From an uncultured Bacilli bacterium (lineage in GTDB: Bacteria > Bacillota_I > Bacilli_A > RF39 > UBA660): a stretch of DNA of 64,000 bases. Position 1 is the first letter of the stretch, and every line of letters starts with the position of its first letter. A program made the translations under genes and the position numbers. The notes beneath the pieces are model-generated. The model was not told the origin of the DNA and made no database searches. It saw only the letters and a program-made list of their open reading frames with translations. Location of the stretch: positions 802 through 64,801 of the forward strand of contig CANRPY010000006.1 in the NCBI GenBank assembly GCA_947632595.1. The letters are read 5' to 3'. Positions 45,985 through 54,670 of the stretch are shown in pieces.

Positions 45985-46614
45985 TTAGTAGTTGATGATG
46001 ACTCTTTTACCATGAATGTCTATGAATCCTTCTTCTTTTAAATATTTGATTTCTCTTGTCATGGCACTTCTATCTACCGACAGATAGTCAGCAAGTTCTG
46101 TAAATGTTGTTTGTAAGTAATACCTTTTATTTCCCATTTCTTGGGCCATTTGTTTGAAATAGGCAAGTAATTTGTCTCTTGTTGTTCTCTTCGTTAGCAA
46201 TTCGATACGGGTATTTCTTCTATTCATTTGTTCAATTAAGATTCGAATTAGGTTCTTAATAAAGATAATATAAAAGTCATTTTTAAAGATTTCATCATTG
46301 GTGATTTGTTCATACTCAATATAAGTGATTTGTGTATCTTCTTTCGTGATACAGGAGATTTCTTCTGAATTAATGGATGAAGTAAGGGTACCAAAGATTT
46401 CTCCTGCTCCTAATTCTTCTACTACCGTTTTGTTTCCTTCATAGTCGGTATAGATTAATTGGACGGATCCACTATCGATTAGAGCAATAAAATCGTCAAG
46501 GTTTACATTTGACACAACGTTTACATTTTTACGATATTTCACTGAGTTGGATCTTAAAATTCTTTTTAATTTCAACATATTTCTTTCAGAAATATTTTCA
46601 AAAAGATTTGTCAT
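45985..46614 (-). CDS. Crp/Fnr-family transcriptional regulator (no Fe-S cysteine cluster)
   Basis: cNMP-binding-like beta-barrel (GAGEIFG) and C-terminal HTH LADYLSVDRSAMTREIKYLKEEG, with only one Cys. ATG 46614 with RBS GGAGGA. Confidence 0.75.
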   Translation of the reverse strand: MTNLFENISERNMLKLKRILRSNSVKYRKNVNVVSNVNLDDFIALIDSGSVQLIYTDYEGNKTVVEELGAGEIFGTLTSSINSEEISCITKEDTQITYIEYEQITNDEIFKNDFYIIFIKNLIRILIEQMNRRNTRIELLTKRTTRDKLLAYFKQMAQEMGNKRYYLQTTFTELADYLSVDRSAMTREIKYLKEEGFIDIHGKRVIINY

Positions 46615-46654
46615 TTTTTTTCCTCCTAAAATTATTTTAACAAAAAATGTAAAA

Positions 46655-46670
46655 TGTTGCAAATGCAACA
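46655..46670. promoter_or_regulatory. Perfect 16-bp palindrome TGTTGCAAATGCAACA in the crp-like/nrdD divergent region (candidate operator)
   Basis: A 5-N6-5 architecture (TGTTG-N6-CAACA) as in CRP-type sites. It lies about 40 nt upstream of the crp-like ATG and overlaps the -35 region of a TGtTATATT extended -10 (46689-46697) facing nrdD. Confidence 0.5.
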
Positions 46671-46739
46671 CAAATTTTCTAAAAAGCATGTTATATTTAG
46701 TTTGTAATTTAAAAAAAATAGAAGAGAGGTCGAAGGGAT

Positions 46740-48929
46740 ATGAAAGTCATTAAACGTGATGGGCATATGGTCGAATATATGCCATCAAAAATTGAAGATG
46801 CTATTGAAAAGGCTAATGCAGAAGTAGAAGAAGAAGATAAAGCTTCTCCTACCCAAATTAGAAACATTATCAAGTACATTGAGCATTTAGGTAAGAAAAG
46901 AATATTAGTCGAAGATATTCAAGATATTATCGAAATGAAATTAATGAGTATTGGTAAGTATAATTTGGCAAAACACTATATTACTTATCGTTATACAAGA
47001 GAATTGGTAAGACGTAGTAATACGACAGATCAATCTATTAAAGAATTGATCGATGGAGAAAGTGAGTACTGGAATACAGAAAACTCTAATAAGGATGCTA
47101 AAGTAGTTACTACGCAAAGAGACTATTTAGCTGGAATTACGAGTACGGATATTACTAGACGTTTCTTACTTCCTGAAGATATTGTAAAAGCTCATGATGA
47201 TGGAATTATTCATTTCCATGATGCTGATTATTTTGCACAAAATGCATTACATAACTGTGATTTAATTAATTTGGATGATATGTTACAAAATGGAACGAAT
47301 ATTAACGGAGTTATGATTGAAAAACCACATAGATTCTTAACGGCAATGACAATTGCTACACAATTAATTACGGCAGTTAATTCTAGTCAATATGGTGGAT
47401 GTACGATTACGCTTACTCATTTAGCTCCTTTTGTTAGAGATAGTTATAACGCTTACTTAGCAAAATATAAGAAGAGAAAATTATCTAGTGAACAAATTGA
47501 AAAGTTTGCGAAAGAAGATTTGGCTAAGGAAATTACGGATGGTGTTCAAACGTTCCAATATCAAATTAATTCTATGACTACTACGAATGGGCAAGCTCCT
47601 TTCCTAAGCGTTTGTATGTATTTAGGAGAGACTGAAGAGTATAAAGAAGAACTTGCTATGGTTATTGAAGAAGTCTTAAAACAAAGAATAGAGGGTATGA
47701 AAAATGAAAATGGAGTTTATATTACTCCTGCCTTCCCTAAACTTCTATATGTTCTTGAAGAAGATAATATGAATCCTAAAGGCAAATATTATTATCTTAC
47801 AAAATTAGCTGCTAAATGTACGGCTAAGAGAATGGTTCCTGATTATATTTCTGAAAAAGTTATGCTTGAACTTAAGAAAAATGAAAAAGGAGAAGGAGAT
47901 TGCTACCCATGTATGGGATGTCGTTCTTTCTTAACTCCCGATCGTACGATTTCTCTTGGTAATATTGCAAAGGCTAAAAATTATATTCCTGGAAAAGGAA
48001 AATATTATGGACGTTTCAACCAAGGTGTTGTTACGATTAACCTTGTAGATGTTGCTTTATCTAGTGAAAAAGATCCTGAATTATTCTGGAAAATTATGGA
48101 TGAGAGACTTGAATTATGTCATAGAGCATTACAAATTCGTCATAAGAGACTTTCTCGTGTTACTAGCGATGTTGCTCCTATTTTATGGCAACATGGAGCT
48201 TTAGCAAGACTTGAGAAAGGGGAGTCTATTCATGAATTATTACATCATGGATACTCAACCATCTCTTTAGGATATGCTGGTCTTTATGAGTGCGTTAAAT
48301 ATATGACAGGTCATTCTCATACTGATAATGGTAAAGGAAAAGAATTTGGTCTACAAGTTATGCAGAAATTAAATGATGCTTGTAAAGGTTGGAAAGAAGC
48401 AGAAGATATTGATTACTCTGTATATGGTACTCCAATTGAGTCTACTACTTACAAGTTTGCAAAAGCTTTAAGAGAGAGATTTGGTGTTATTAAAGGAATT
48501 ACCGATCGTGATTATATTACGAATAGTTATCATGTTCCTGTATTTGAAGAAATTGATGCTTTCACAAAATTAAAATTAGAAAGTGAATTCCAAAAACTAA
48601 GTCCAGGTGGAGCGATTTCTTATATTGAAACTGCTGATTTAAATGGTAATTTGGATTCTGTTATGGAAGTTATTAAGTTTATTTATGATAATATTATGTA
48701 TGCTGAACTTAATACTAAATCTGATTATTGCCAAGTTTGTGGTTATGATGGAGAAATCTTAATCGATGAGAATTTGGAATGGTATTGTCCAAATTGTGGA
48801 AATAGAGATCATGATAAGATGAATGTTGCTAGACGTACTTGTGGATATATTGGTACAAACTTCTGGAATAAGGGAAGAACTCAAGAAATTAAAGAGAGAG
48901 TTATTCACTTAGATAATAAGGATGCCTAG
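46740..48929 (+). CDS. nrdD: Anaerobic ribonucleoside-triphosphate reductase (class III)
   Basis: N-terminal ATP-cone, C-terminal zinc ribbon CQVCGYDG...CPNCG, and glycyl-radical motif RRTCGYIG. Confidence 0.95.
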   Translation: MKVIKRDGHMVEYMPSKIEDAIEKANAEVEEEDKASPTQIRNIIKYIEHLGKKRILVEDIQDIIEMKLMSIGKYNLAKHYITYRYTRELVRRSNTTDQSIKELIDGESEYWNTENSNKDAKVVTTQRDYLAGITSTDITRRFLLPEDIVKAHDDGIIHFHDADYFAQNALHNCDLINLDDMLQNGTNINGVMIEKPHRFLTAMTIATQLITAVNSSQYGGCTITLTHLAPFVRDSYNAYLAKYKKRKLSSEQIEKFAKEDLAKEITDGVQTFQYQINSMTTTNGQAPFLSVCMYLGETEEYKEELAMVIEEVLKQRIEGMKNENGVYITPAFPKLLYVLEEDNMNPKGKYYYLTKLAAKCTAKRMVPDYISEKVMLELKKNEKGEGDCYPCMGCRSFLTPDRTISLGNIAKAKNYIPGKGKYYGRFNQGVVTINLVDVALSSEKDPELFWKIMDERLELCHRALQIRHKRLSRVTSDVAPILWQHGALARLEKGESIHELLHHGYSTISLGYAGLYECVKYMTGHSHTDNGKGKEFGLQVMQKLNDACKGWKEAEDIDYSVYGTPIESTTYKFAKALRERFGVIKGITDRDYITNSYHVPVFEEIDAFTKLKLESEFQKLSPGGAISYIETADLNGNLDSVMEVIKFIYDNIMYAELNTKSDYCQVCGYDGEILIDENLEWYCPNCGNRDHDKMNVARRTCGYIGTNFWNKGRTQEIKERVIHLDNKDA

Positions 48930-49423
48930 TGAGATATAATAAAATAAGAAAAATGGATATTGCGAATGGACCAGGAGTGCGCGTATCCATTTTCTTTCAA
49001 GGATGTTCTTTTCACTGCGAAAATTGTTTTAATCCAGAAACCTGGGATTTTGATGGAGGATATGCTTTTGGAGAAGAAGAAATTACAAAGATTCTTCAAT
49101 TATGCGAACCAGAGCATATTGCTGGATTATCTATTTTAGGTGGAGAACCTATGCATCCTAAAAATATAGAAAATACAACGTTATTAGCAAAAAGATTTAA
49201 AGAAGTTTATCCCAATAAAACGATATGGGCTTGGTCTGGATTTTTATTTGATCGAGATTTAAAAGATAAAGAAGTCTTACAATATCTTGATGTACTTGTT
49301 GATGGCCAATTTGTAGAAGAATTAAAAAATCCTACTTTAAAGTGGAGAGGTTCTAGTAATCAAAGAGTCATTGATGTTAAGAAAAGTCTAAAAAAGGGTG
49401 AAATTGTACTATTTTGTGATTAG
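48929..49423 (+). CDS. nrdG: Anaerobic RNR activating protein (radical SAM)
   Basis: CSFHCENCFN cluster motif. GTG start shares one nt with the nrdD stop. Confidence 0.9.
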   Translation: MRYNKIRKMDIANGPGVRVSIFFQGCSFHCENCFNPETWDFDGGYAFGEEEITKILQLCEPEHIAGLSILGGEPMHPKNIENTTLLAKRFKEVYPNKTIWAWSGFLFDRDLKDKEVLQYLDVLVDGQFVEELKNPTLKWRGSSNQRVIDVKKSLKKGEIVLFCD

Positions 49424-49431
49424 GAGGAACT

Positions 49432-49890
49432 ATGAAAAAAGTTAGAGGTTTTGAAATTGCGAAAGGATGGGAAGATAAAGATATTCATATTCCTGTTCGT
49501 AAAACGGCAAGGGCTGCTGCTTATGATATAGAGGCTGCGGAGGATATTGATATTCCTGTTTATCAACCGGGAATTAAACCAACTTTGATTCCTACTGGAT
49601 TAAAAGCATATTGTCAAGATGATGAGTGTTATTTCTTACTTAGTCGTTCTGGAGGTCCTAAAAAGGGATTGCTTACTCCTCATGGATTTGGACTAATTGA
49701 TGCAGATTACTATGAAAATCCTGATAATGATGGACATTTTATGGTACAAGTCTTTAATTGTTCTGATCATGTACTTCATATTAAAAAGGGAGATGCCATT
49801 GCTCAAGTAATGTTTACTAAATACTTGGTATGTGATGGAGATCAAGCAACGGGTATGAGACAAGGTGGATTTGGTTCTACTGACAAGTAA
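49432..49890 (+). CDS. dut: dUTP diphosphatase
   Basis: AAAYDI, SRSG, GLIDADYY and C-terminal GGFGSTD motifs. Confidence 0.85.
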   Translation: MKKVRGFEIAKGWEDKDIHIPVRKTARAAAYDIEAAEDIDIPVYQPGIKPTLIPTGLKAYCQDDECYFLLSRSGGPKKGLLTPHGFGLIDADYYENPDNDGHFMVQVFNCSDHVLHIKKGDAIAQVMFTKYLVCDGDQATGMRQGGFGSTDK

Positions 49891-49970
49891 TTTAAATTTT
49901 ATAAGAGGTTTTGTCGAAACGATGGAATCTCTTTTTTATTTGTTTTATTCTTTTTTTAGAAAGGAGGATA

Positions 49971-50582
49971 ATGGAAGAGGTTTTAGACTATGAAGGTTTG
50001 GTATATAGTGTTATTCAAAAGTATCATAGACGTCATGATTTAGAAGATTTATATCAAGTAGGAATGATTGGTTTGATGGATGCTTATCAACATTATGATT
50101 CTTCTTATGATACTAAGTTTTCTTCTTTTGCGTATTACTATATTATAGGAGAGGTCAATAAATATATACGAAATAGTAGTAGTTTAAAAGTAAGTAAAAG
50201 TCTTATTGCATTGAAATCAAGATTTCTAAAAATGAAAGAAGTTATGACTCAAAAGTTAGGAAGAGAACCTAGTGATGAAGAAGTTGCCCTTTATTTAGAG
50301 GTTCCTCTTTCTTTATTAGAAGAAGCTTTGTCTGCTACCGATGAAGTGAAATCGATTGAGGATGAGTATGCTTTTCTTCAAAGTTATGAAGAAAACTGTA
50401 TTGAAATGCTTGATTTAAAAGAAGAACTTCGAAGACTTCCGGAAACAGAAAGAAAAATTATTTGTGCAAGATATTTTCAAGATTTTACGCAGAGGGAAAC
50501 TTCTGAATTGCTTGGAATGAGTCAAGTACAGGTATCTCGTAATGAGAGTAAGATTCTAAAAAAACTTAGAGATAGATTATAA
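49971..50582 (+). CDS. Sporulation-type sigma-70 family factor (SigF/SigG/SigB subfamily), short form
   Basis: 203 aa from ATG 49971 (RBS GAAAGGAGGA). Region 2 is DLYQVGMIGLMDAYQHYDSSYDTKFSSFAYYYIIGEVNKYIR. Region 4 is TQRETSELLGMSQVQVSRNESKILKKLR, cf. the B. subtilis SigF SQVQVSRLEKKIL. It sits directly upstream of spoVA genes, as sigF does in Bacilli and Clostridia. Confidence 0.7.
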   Translation: MEEVLDYEGLVYSVIQKYHRRHDLEDLYQVGMIGLMDAYQHYDSSYDTKFSSFAYYYIIGEVNKYIRNSSSLKVSKSLIALKSRFLKMKEVMTQKLGREPSDEEVALYLEVPLSLLEEALSATDEVKSIEDEYAFLQSYEENCIEMLDLKEELRRLPETERKIICARYFQDFTQRETSELLGMSQVQVSRNESKILKKLRDRL

Positions 50583-50597
50583 TTCTAAGTTTTTTTT

Positions 50598-50626
50598 GTA
50601 TGTTTTTTTGTTTTTGGGGAACTCTA
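50598..50626 (+). promoter_or_regulatory. Tentative forespore-type (SigF/G-like) promoter upstream of spoVAC
   Basis: GTATG, 14 nt spacer, GGGAACTCTA, compared with the remembered SigF consensus GCATR-N15-GGnRAnAnTW. One or two mismatches, eye match only. Confidence 0.25.
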
Positions 50627-50641
50627 TTTTTGGTGAGGAAT

Positions 50642-51088
50642 ATGAGAAATACAAAATATGATAAAATTGCAGATCATCATAAGGCTAAAGAGAATCGGCT
50701 AGGGCACTTTCTTGCGGCTTTTTTAAGTGGAGGGGTTGTTGGAGCTTTGGGAGAGGGAACGATTGAAATTCTTTGTTTTTTCTTTTCTCTTTCTAGAAGT
50801 GATGCTTCTGTTTTTATGATTACTCTTTTTATTTTTCTTGCTTGTCTTCTGACTGCTTTTGGCTATTTTGATAAAATGGTTCATTTTTGTCGCTGTGGGC
50901 TCATTATTCCTATTACGGGATTTGCTCATTCTATGATGAGTAGTACGTTAGATTATAAAGAAGAAGGTCTTATTTATGGGATTGGTTCTAATATGTTTAA
51001 ACTGGCTGGTAGTGTGATTCTTTATGGGGTTGTTTCTGCTTGGTTTTTTGGACTTATTCGGTATGTATTGGAGGTGGTTTTTGGATGA
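50642..51088 (+). CDS. spoVAC: Stage V sporulation protein AC
   Basis: About 148 aa, 4-TM protein with the typical FLAAFLSGGVVGALGE start. ATG 50642 with RBS GGTGAGG. ATGA overlap with spoVAD. Confidence 0.85.
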   Translation: MRNTKYDKIADHHKAKENRLGHFLAAFLSGGVVGALGEGTIEILCFFFSLSRSDASVFMITLFIFLACLLTAFGYFDKMVHFCRCGLIIPITGFAHSMMSSTLDYKEEGLIYGIGSNMFKLAGSVILYGVVSAWFFGLIRYVLEVVFG

Positions 51089-52074
51089 CGTTTTCTTTTC
51101 AAGATGTTTACATTGAGGATACTGCAACGATTTGTGGTCCTTATGAGAAGAGGGGACCTTTTAAAAAATATTTTGATAAAACGTATGATGATTTTTCTTT
51201 TGGAGAACGCTCTTGGGAAAAAGCAGAAATTCATTTAGTGAAGGATGCTCTTCATATGATTTTAAAGAAGACAGGGTATACGAAAGAGGAAATTGATTTG
51301 GTCATTGGAGGAGATTTGCTCAATCAGATTACGGCTTCTACTTATGGTTCTTTGGGAGTAGGGAATGGTTTTATTGGTATTTATGGAGCTTGTAGTACTA
51401 GTGCTTTGGGGTTAATTGTTGCTTCTTGTTTGTTACAAGCGAATTATTTTCAAAATAGTTTATGTCTTGTGTCTTCTCATAATATGAGTAGTGAAAAACA
51501 GTTTCGCTATCCTACAGAGTATGGTTCTCTAAGACCCAATAGCGCTACTTTTACGGCAACAGGAGCAGCTGTTTGTATGCTTACTAAAAATAAAAGAGAT
51601 GTACGGATAGAGTGTGCTACTCTTGGAAGAATTGTTGATTTTGATCAGAAGGATGTGAATGACATGGGCCGGGTGATGGCTCCTAGTGTTTTGGATACGT
51701 TAACAAGACATTTTGAGGAGAGTGGAAGAACTCCTCAGGATTATGATTTGATTGTAACAGGAGATCTTGGAATTTATGGGAAGGAAATTGTAAGGGAATA
51801 TTTCTTAAAAAATTATCAAATAACTCTCGATCATTATGATGACTGTGGCGTTATGCTTTATCATCTTGCTTCCGAAAAAGAGATTCAAGCAGGAGGAAGT
51901 GGACCTGTTTGCAGTGCTCTTGTTACTTATGGGTATTTATATTCTCTATTAAAAGAAAAAAAGATGAAGAGAATTCTTCTTTTGGCAACAGGAGCTTTAT
52001 TTTCTCCTGTTATGGTTTATCAAAAACAGAGTATTCCTTCTATTTGTCATGCAGTTAGTTTGGAGGCGGTGTAA
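51085..52074 (+). CDS. spoVAD: Stage V sporulation protein AD (thiolase-like fold, DPA binding)
   Basis: Collinear with B. subtilis SpoVAD as recalled: GGDLLNQ, GACSTS, SSHN...EKQFRYPTEYG, GDLG, GGSGPVCSA, LLLATGALFSP. Confidence 0.9.
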   Translation: MTFSFQDVYIEDTATICGPYEKRGPFKKYFDKTYDDFSFGERSWEKAEIHLVKDALHMILKKTGYTKEEIDLVIGGDLLNQITASTYGSLGVGNGFIGIYGACSTSALGLIVASCLLQANYFQNSLCLVSSHNMSSEKQFRYPTEYGSLRPNSATFTATGAAVCMLTKNKRDVRIECATLGRIVDFDQKDVNDMGRVMAPSVLDTLTRHFEESGRTPQDYDLIVTGDLGIYGKEIVREYFLKNYQITLDHYDDCGVMLYHLASEKEIQAGGSGPVCSALVTYGYLYSLLKEKKMKRILLLATGALFSPVMVYQKQSIPSICHAVSLEAV

Positions 52075-52424
52075 TGTATTTTCTTACTTCTTTTCTTTTT
52101 TGTGGAATTTTATGTGGAATTGGTCAAATTATTTTAGATACTACGAAATTAACACCAGGACACATTACTAGTATCTTTGTTGTGATTGGAGCTTTTTTAG
52201 ATACGTTTAGTCTTTATGATAATATGATTCAAATCGTAGGAGGAGGAGCCTTACTTCCCGTTACTAGTTTTGGACATTCTCTGATTCATGGAGCTTTACT
52301 AGAAGCAGAAAAAGTAGGGTGGATTGGAATCTTTATGGGAATGTTTGATTTAACTGCTGCGGGAATTAGTTCTGCTATTCTTTTTTCCTTTCTTTTTGCT
52401 CTTTTGTTTCGACCTAAAAGTTAA
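52074..52424 (+). CDS. spoVAE: Stage V sporulation protein AE (AEb-type, 116 aa)
   Basis: Membrane protein with the GGGALLPVTSFGHSL motif. TAATG overlap with spoVAD. Confidence 0.85.
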   Translation: MYFLTSFLFCGILCGIGQIILDTTKLTPGHITSIFVVIGAFLDTFSLYDNMIQIVGGGALLPVTSFGHSLIHGALLEAEKVGWIGIFMGMFDLTAAGISSAILFSFLFALLFRPKS

Positions 52425-52506
52425 CTGTAAAGTTTTTTAAAAATGATTCGAAACTCTATTAAAGAAATTTTTTCGAGAGTATAATAAAGATAAGGTAGTG
52501 AAATTT

Positions 52507-52707
52507 ATGAATATGGATTTTCTTTATTATATTATTTTAGGTATTACCGTTGTTTCTTATTTACTAGGGTTATTCTTTTCTTATTTTGAGAGAAAAAATT
52601 TAGTTTCTCACATAGGAAATGCTGGGTTTATGAAAACAATGGGGGCTCTATCTTCCGAAAAAGAAAAAAACGAGAGTTCTTCTCGTTTTGATGAGGAAAT
52701 TATTTAG
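52507..52707 (+). CDS. Small single-TM protein
   Basis: Helix LYYIILGITVVSYLLGLFFSYF then a polar tail. The start among GTG 52498, ATG 52507 and ATG 52513 is uncertain. Confidence 0.35.
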   Translation: MNMDFLYYIILGITVVSYLLGLFFSYFERKNLVSHIGNAGFMKTMGALSSEKEKNESSSRFDEEII

Positions 52708-52710
52708 TAA

Positions 52711-53022
52711 TTACCACTTTTCCTGTGTTTTTGAAATTTCGATTATTTTATTCATATCATCGTCTTTGGCGATGATATTTTTATGTTTTTCTTTACAAGT
52801 TTCGCATTGATAAATAATTTTATAAGTATCTTTAAAATTTTCTATTTCGATTGGTTTTAATAATCCTTTACAAGGGTTTTCTCTATCTCCTGGGTTGATA
52901 TCTACATGTTTTGAGTATAAGCAATAGGGACAATGGTCTCTAGAAGTATATCCTAGAGGATTTACTTTTTTTCCACAATGTTCACATATAAAGGATTCAT
53001 CATTTTGTTGGAAACGTTTCAT
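52711..53022 (-). CDS. RNHCP-domain zinc-finger protein
   Basis: FICEHCGKKV...SRDHCPYCLYSKH...CKG...YQCETCKEKH is the characteristic R-[ND]-H-C-P core with flanking CxxC pairs. Confidence 0.7.
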   Translation of the reverse strand: MKRFQQNDESFICEHCGKKVNPLGYTSRDHCPYCLYSKHVDINPGDRENPCKGLLKPIEIENFKDTYKIIYQCETCKEKHKNIIAKDDDMNKIIEISKTQEKW

Positions 53023-53111
53023 AGCATCACCTCTTTCATTATATATTTTGTTTTCGATAAATGCAAAAGAAAATGATTTATGTTATAATGGTAGAGTCGG
53101 AGTGAGAACGT

Positions 53112-53831
53112 ATGGAAATGGATTTTAAAATTAATGATTTCGAAGGACCATTAGATTTATTATTACATCTCATTAAAGAGTCTAAAATGGACATTATGGA
53201 TATTGAGATGGAATCAATTACCAAGCAATATGTAGATTTTCTACATCATAGTGAACAGATGAATTTAGAGGTTTCTTCTGAGTATCTTGTTTTAGCATCA
53301 GAACTGATTGAGATTAAATCCAAAATGCTTCTTCCTAGAAATCAAGTTGTTGAGGGAGAGGCAGAGGAAGAAGATCCTCGTCAAGAATTGGTAAATCGAT
53401 TATTGGAATATCAAGCTTATAAAGATATTACCCATCTTTTACAAGAAAAAGAATTGCTTCGAAAAGATATTTATACAAAACTTCCTGAAAATATTCATCA
53501 ATATGTTGATGAGGCATCTTATGTTCCTAAGGGAGAGATGAGTGTAGATGACTTGATTCGAGCTTTTCAAAGTTATTATCAAAGAAAGTTAGAGAGTAAA
53601 CCATTAAATACAAAAGTTACGGTCAATGAAATTAGTGTTGCTTCTAGAAGAAGTGATATTCAAAAAGTTTTAAAAGAAAAAAAGAGAGTTTCTTTCTTTG
53701 AATTATTTCCTGTTGTTAGTAAAGAATATATTGTTGCGACTTTTTTGGCAATCCTAGAAATGGCAAAAAATAGGGAACTTGTTATTATGCAAGATCGTGA
53801 TTTTGATGATATTATATGCGAGGTGGTATAG
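53112..53831 (+). CDS. scpA: Segregation and condensation protein A
   Basis: FEGPLDLLLHLIKESKMDIMDIEMESITKQY start is typical of ScpA. TGtTATAAT promoter at about 53081-53089. Confidence 0.9.
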   Translation: MEMDFKINDFEGPLDLLLHLIKESKMDIMDIEMESITKQYVDFLHHSEQMNLEVSSEYLVLASELIEIKSKMLLPRNQVVEGEAEEEDPRQELVNRLLEYQAYKDITHLLQEKELLRKDIYTKLPENIHQYVDEASYVPKGEMSVDDLIRAFQSYYQRKLESKPLNTKVTVNEISVASRRSDIQKVLKEKKRVSFFELFPVVSKEYIVATFLAILEMAKNRELVIMQDRDFDDIICEVV

Positions 53832-53832
53832 C

Positions 53833-54411
53833 ATGTTAAAGGCAGTATTAGAGGGACTTTTATTTGTTGTAGGAGAAGATGGACTGACTCTTTTACAAAT
53901 TGAAGAGATTTTGGAAGTAGATGAAGAGACTGCAAAAGATTTAATTATGGAACTTAAGAAGGATTATGAAGAGGAGAGTAGAGGATTACGAATTGACTTT
54001 TTAGGGAATCGTTTTAAGATTACTACAAAGTTTGAACATAAACAGTATTATCAAAAATTAATTGAAAATCCGGAGACCAATCTTCTTAGTCAAGCTGCGC
54101 TTGAGACTCTTGCTATTATCGCTTATAATGAACCGATTACTAGAGTAGATGTTGATACGATTCGAGGAGTTGGTTCTACTTCTATTATGAGAAAATTGGT
54201 TGCGAAAGGATTTATTAAAGAAGTTGGTAGAAGTGAAATTCCAGGAAGACCTATCTTATATGAGACGACTCATGAATTTTTAGATTACTTTGGTCTTTCT
54301 TCTAAAGATGATTTGCCTAAGTTAGATGATATTTTAAAAAATGTAGAAGAAGAGGAACAAGATATGAATCCTGATTTATATACTTCTAAATATACAGAAG
54401 TCGAAGAGTAA
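53833..54411 (+). CDS. scpB: Segregation and condensation protein B
   Basis: LEGLLFVVGEDGLT..., ETLAIIAYNEPITRVDVDTIRGV, and GRPILYETT motifs. ATG 53833 lies 1 nt after the scpA stop. Confidence 0.9.
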   Translation: MLKAVLEGLLFVVGEDGLTLLQIEEILEVDEETAKDLIMELKKDYEEESRGLRIDFLGNRFKITTKFEHKQYYQKLIENPETNLLSQAALETLAIIAYNEPITRVDVDTIRGVGSTSIMRKLVAKGFIKEVGRSEIPGRPILYETTHEFLDYFGLSSKDDLPKLDDILKNVEEEEQDMNPDLYTSKYTEVEE

Positions 54412-54471
54412 AAAACCTATTAAAAAAATAGTGTTTTTTTTTGAATTCTGTTATATAATATTTTATGTGTT

Positions 54472-54558
54472 GCTCCCATGGCGGAATTGGTAGACGCGGC
54501 AGACTCAAAATCTGCTTCTGGCGACAGAGTTCCGGTTCAAGTCCGGATGGGAGCACCA
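54472..54558 (+). tRNA. tRNA-Leu (anticodon CAA), class II with long variable arm, encoded CCA
   Basis: Acceptor GCTCCCA/TGGGAGC, anticodon stem GCAGA/TCTGC with loop CTCAAAA, variable arm TTCTGGCGACAGAGT, T-arm TCCGG-TTCAAGT-CCGGA, and 3' ACCA. Confidence 0.9.
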
Positions 54559-54570
54559 AATTAGATTTTT

Positions 54571-54597
54571 TCACCTAACTTTGTTAGGTGATTTTTT
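54571..54597 (+). terminator. Rho-independent terminator after tRNA-Leu
   Basis: TCACCTAA-CTTTG-TTAGGTGA plus T6. Confidence 0.85.
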
Positions 54598-54670
54598 AAC
54601 AAAGAAATTACATTTTTTATTTGATGTTGTGCTATAATATTTTTGATAAAATAGAAAGGGTGTTGGCATA

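Noticed and set aside
54412-54670. Possible integrative element or prophage attachment at tRNA-Leu.
   Set aside because: No integrase, recombinase or phage genes lie on either side; the neighbours are scpB and a ZIP transporter. I found no direct repeat of the tRNA 3' end nearby.
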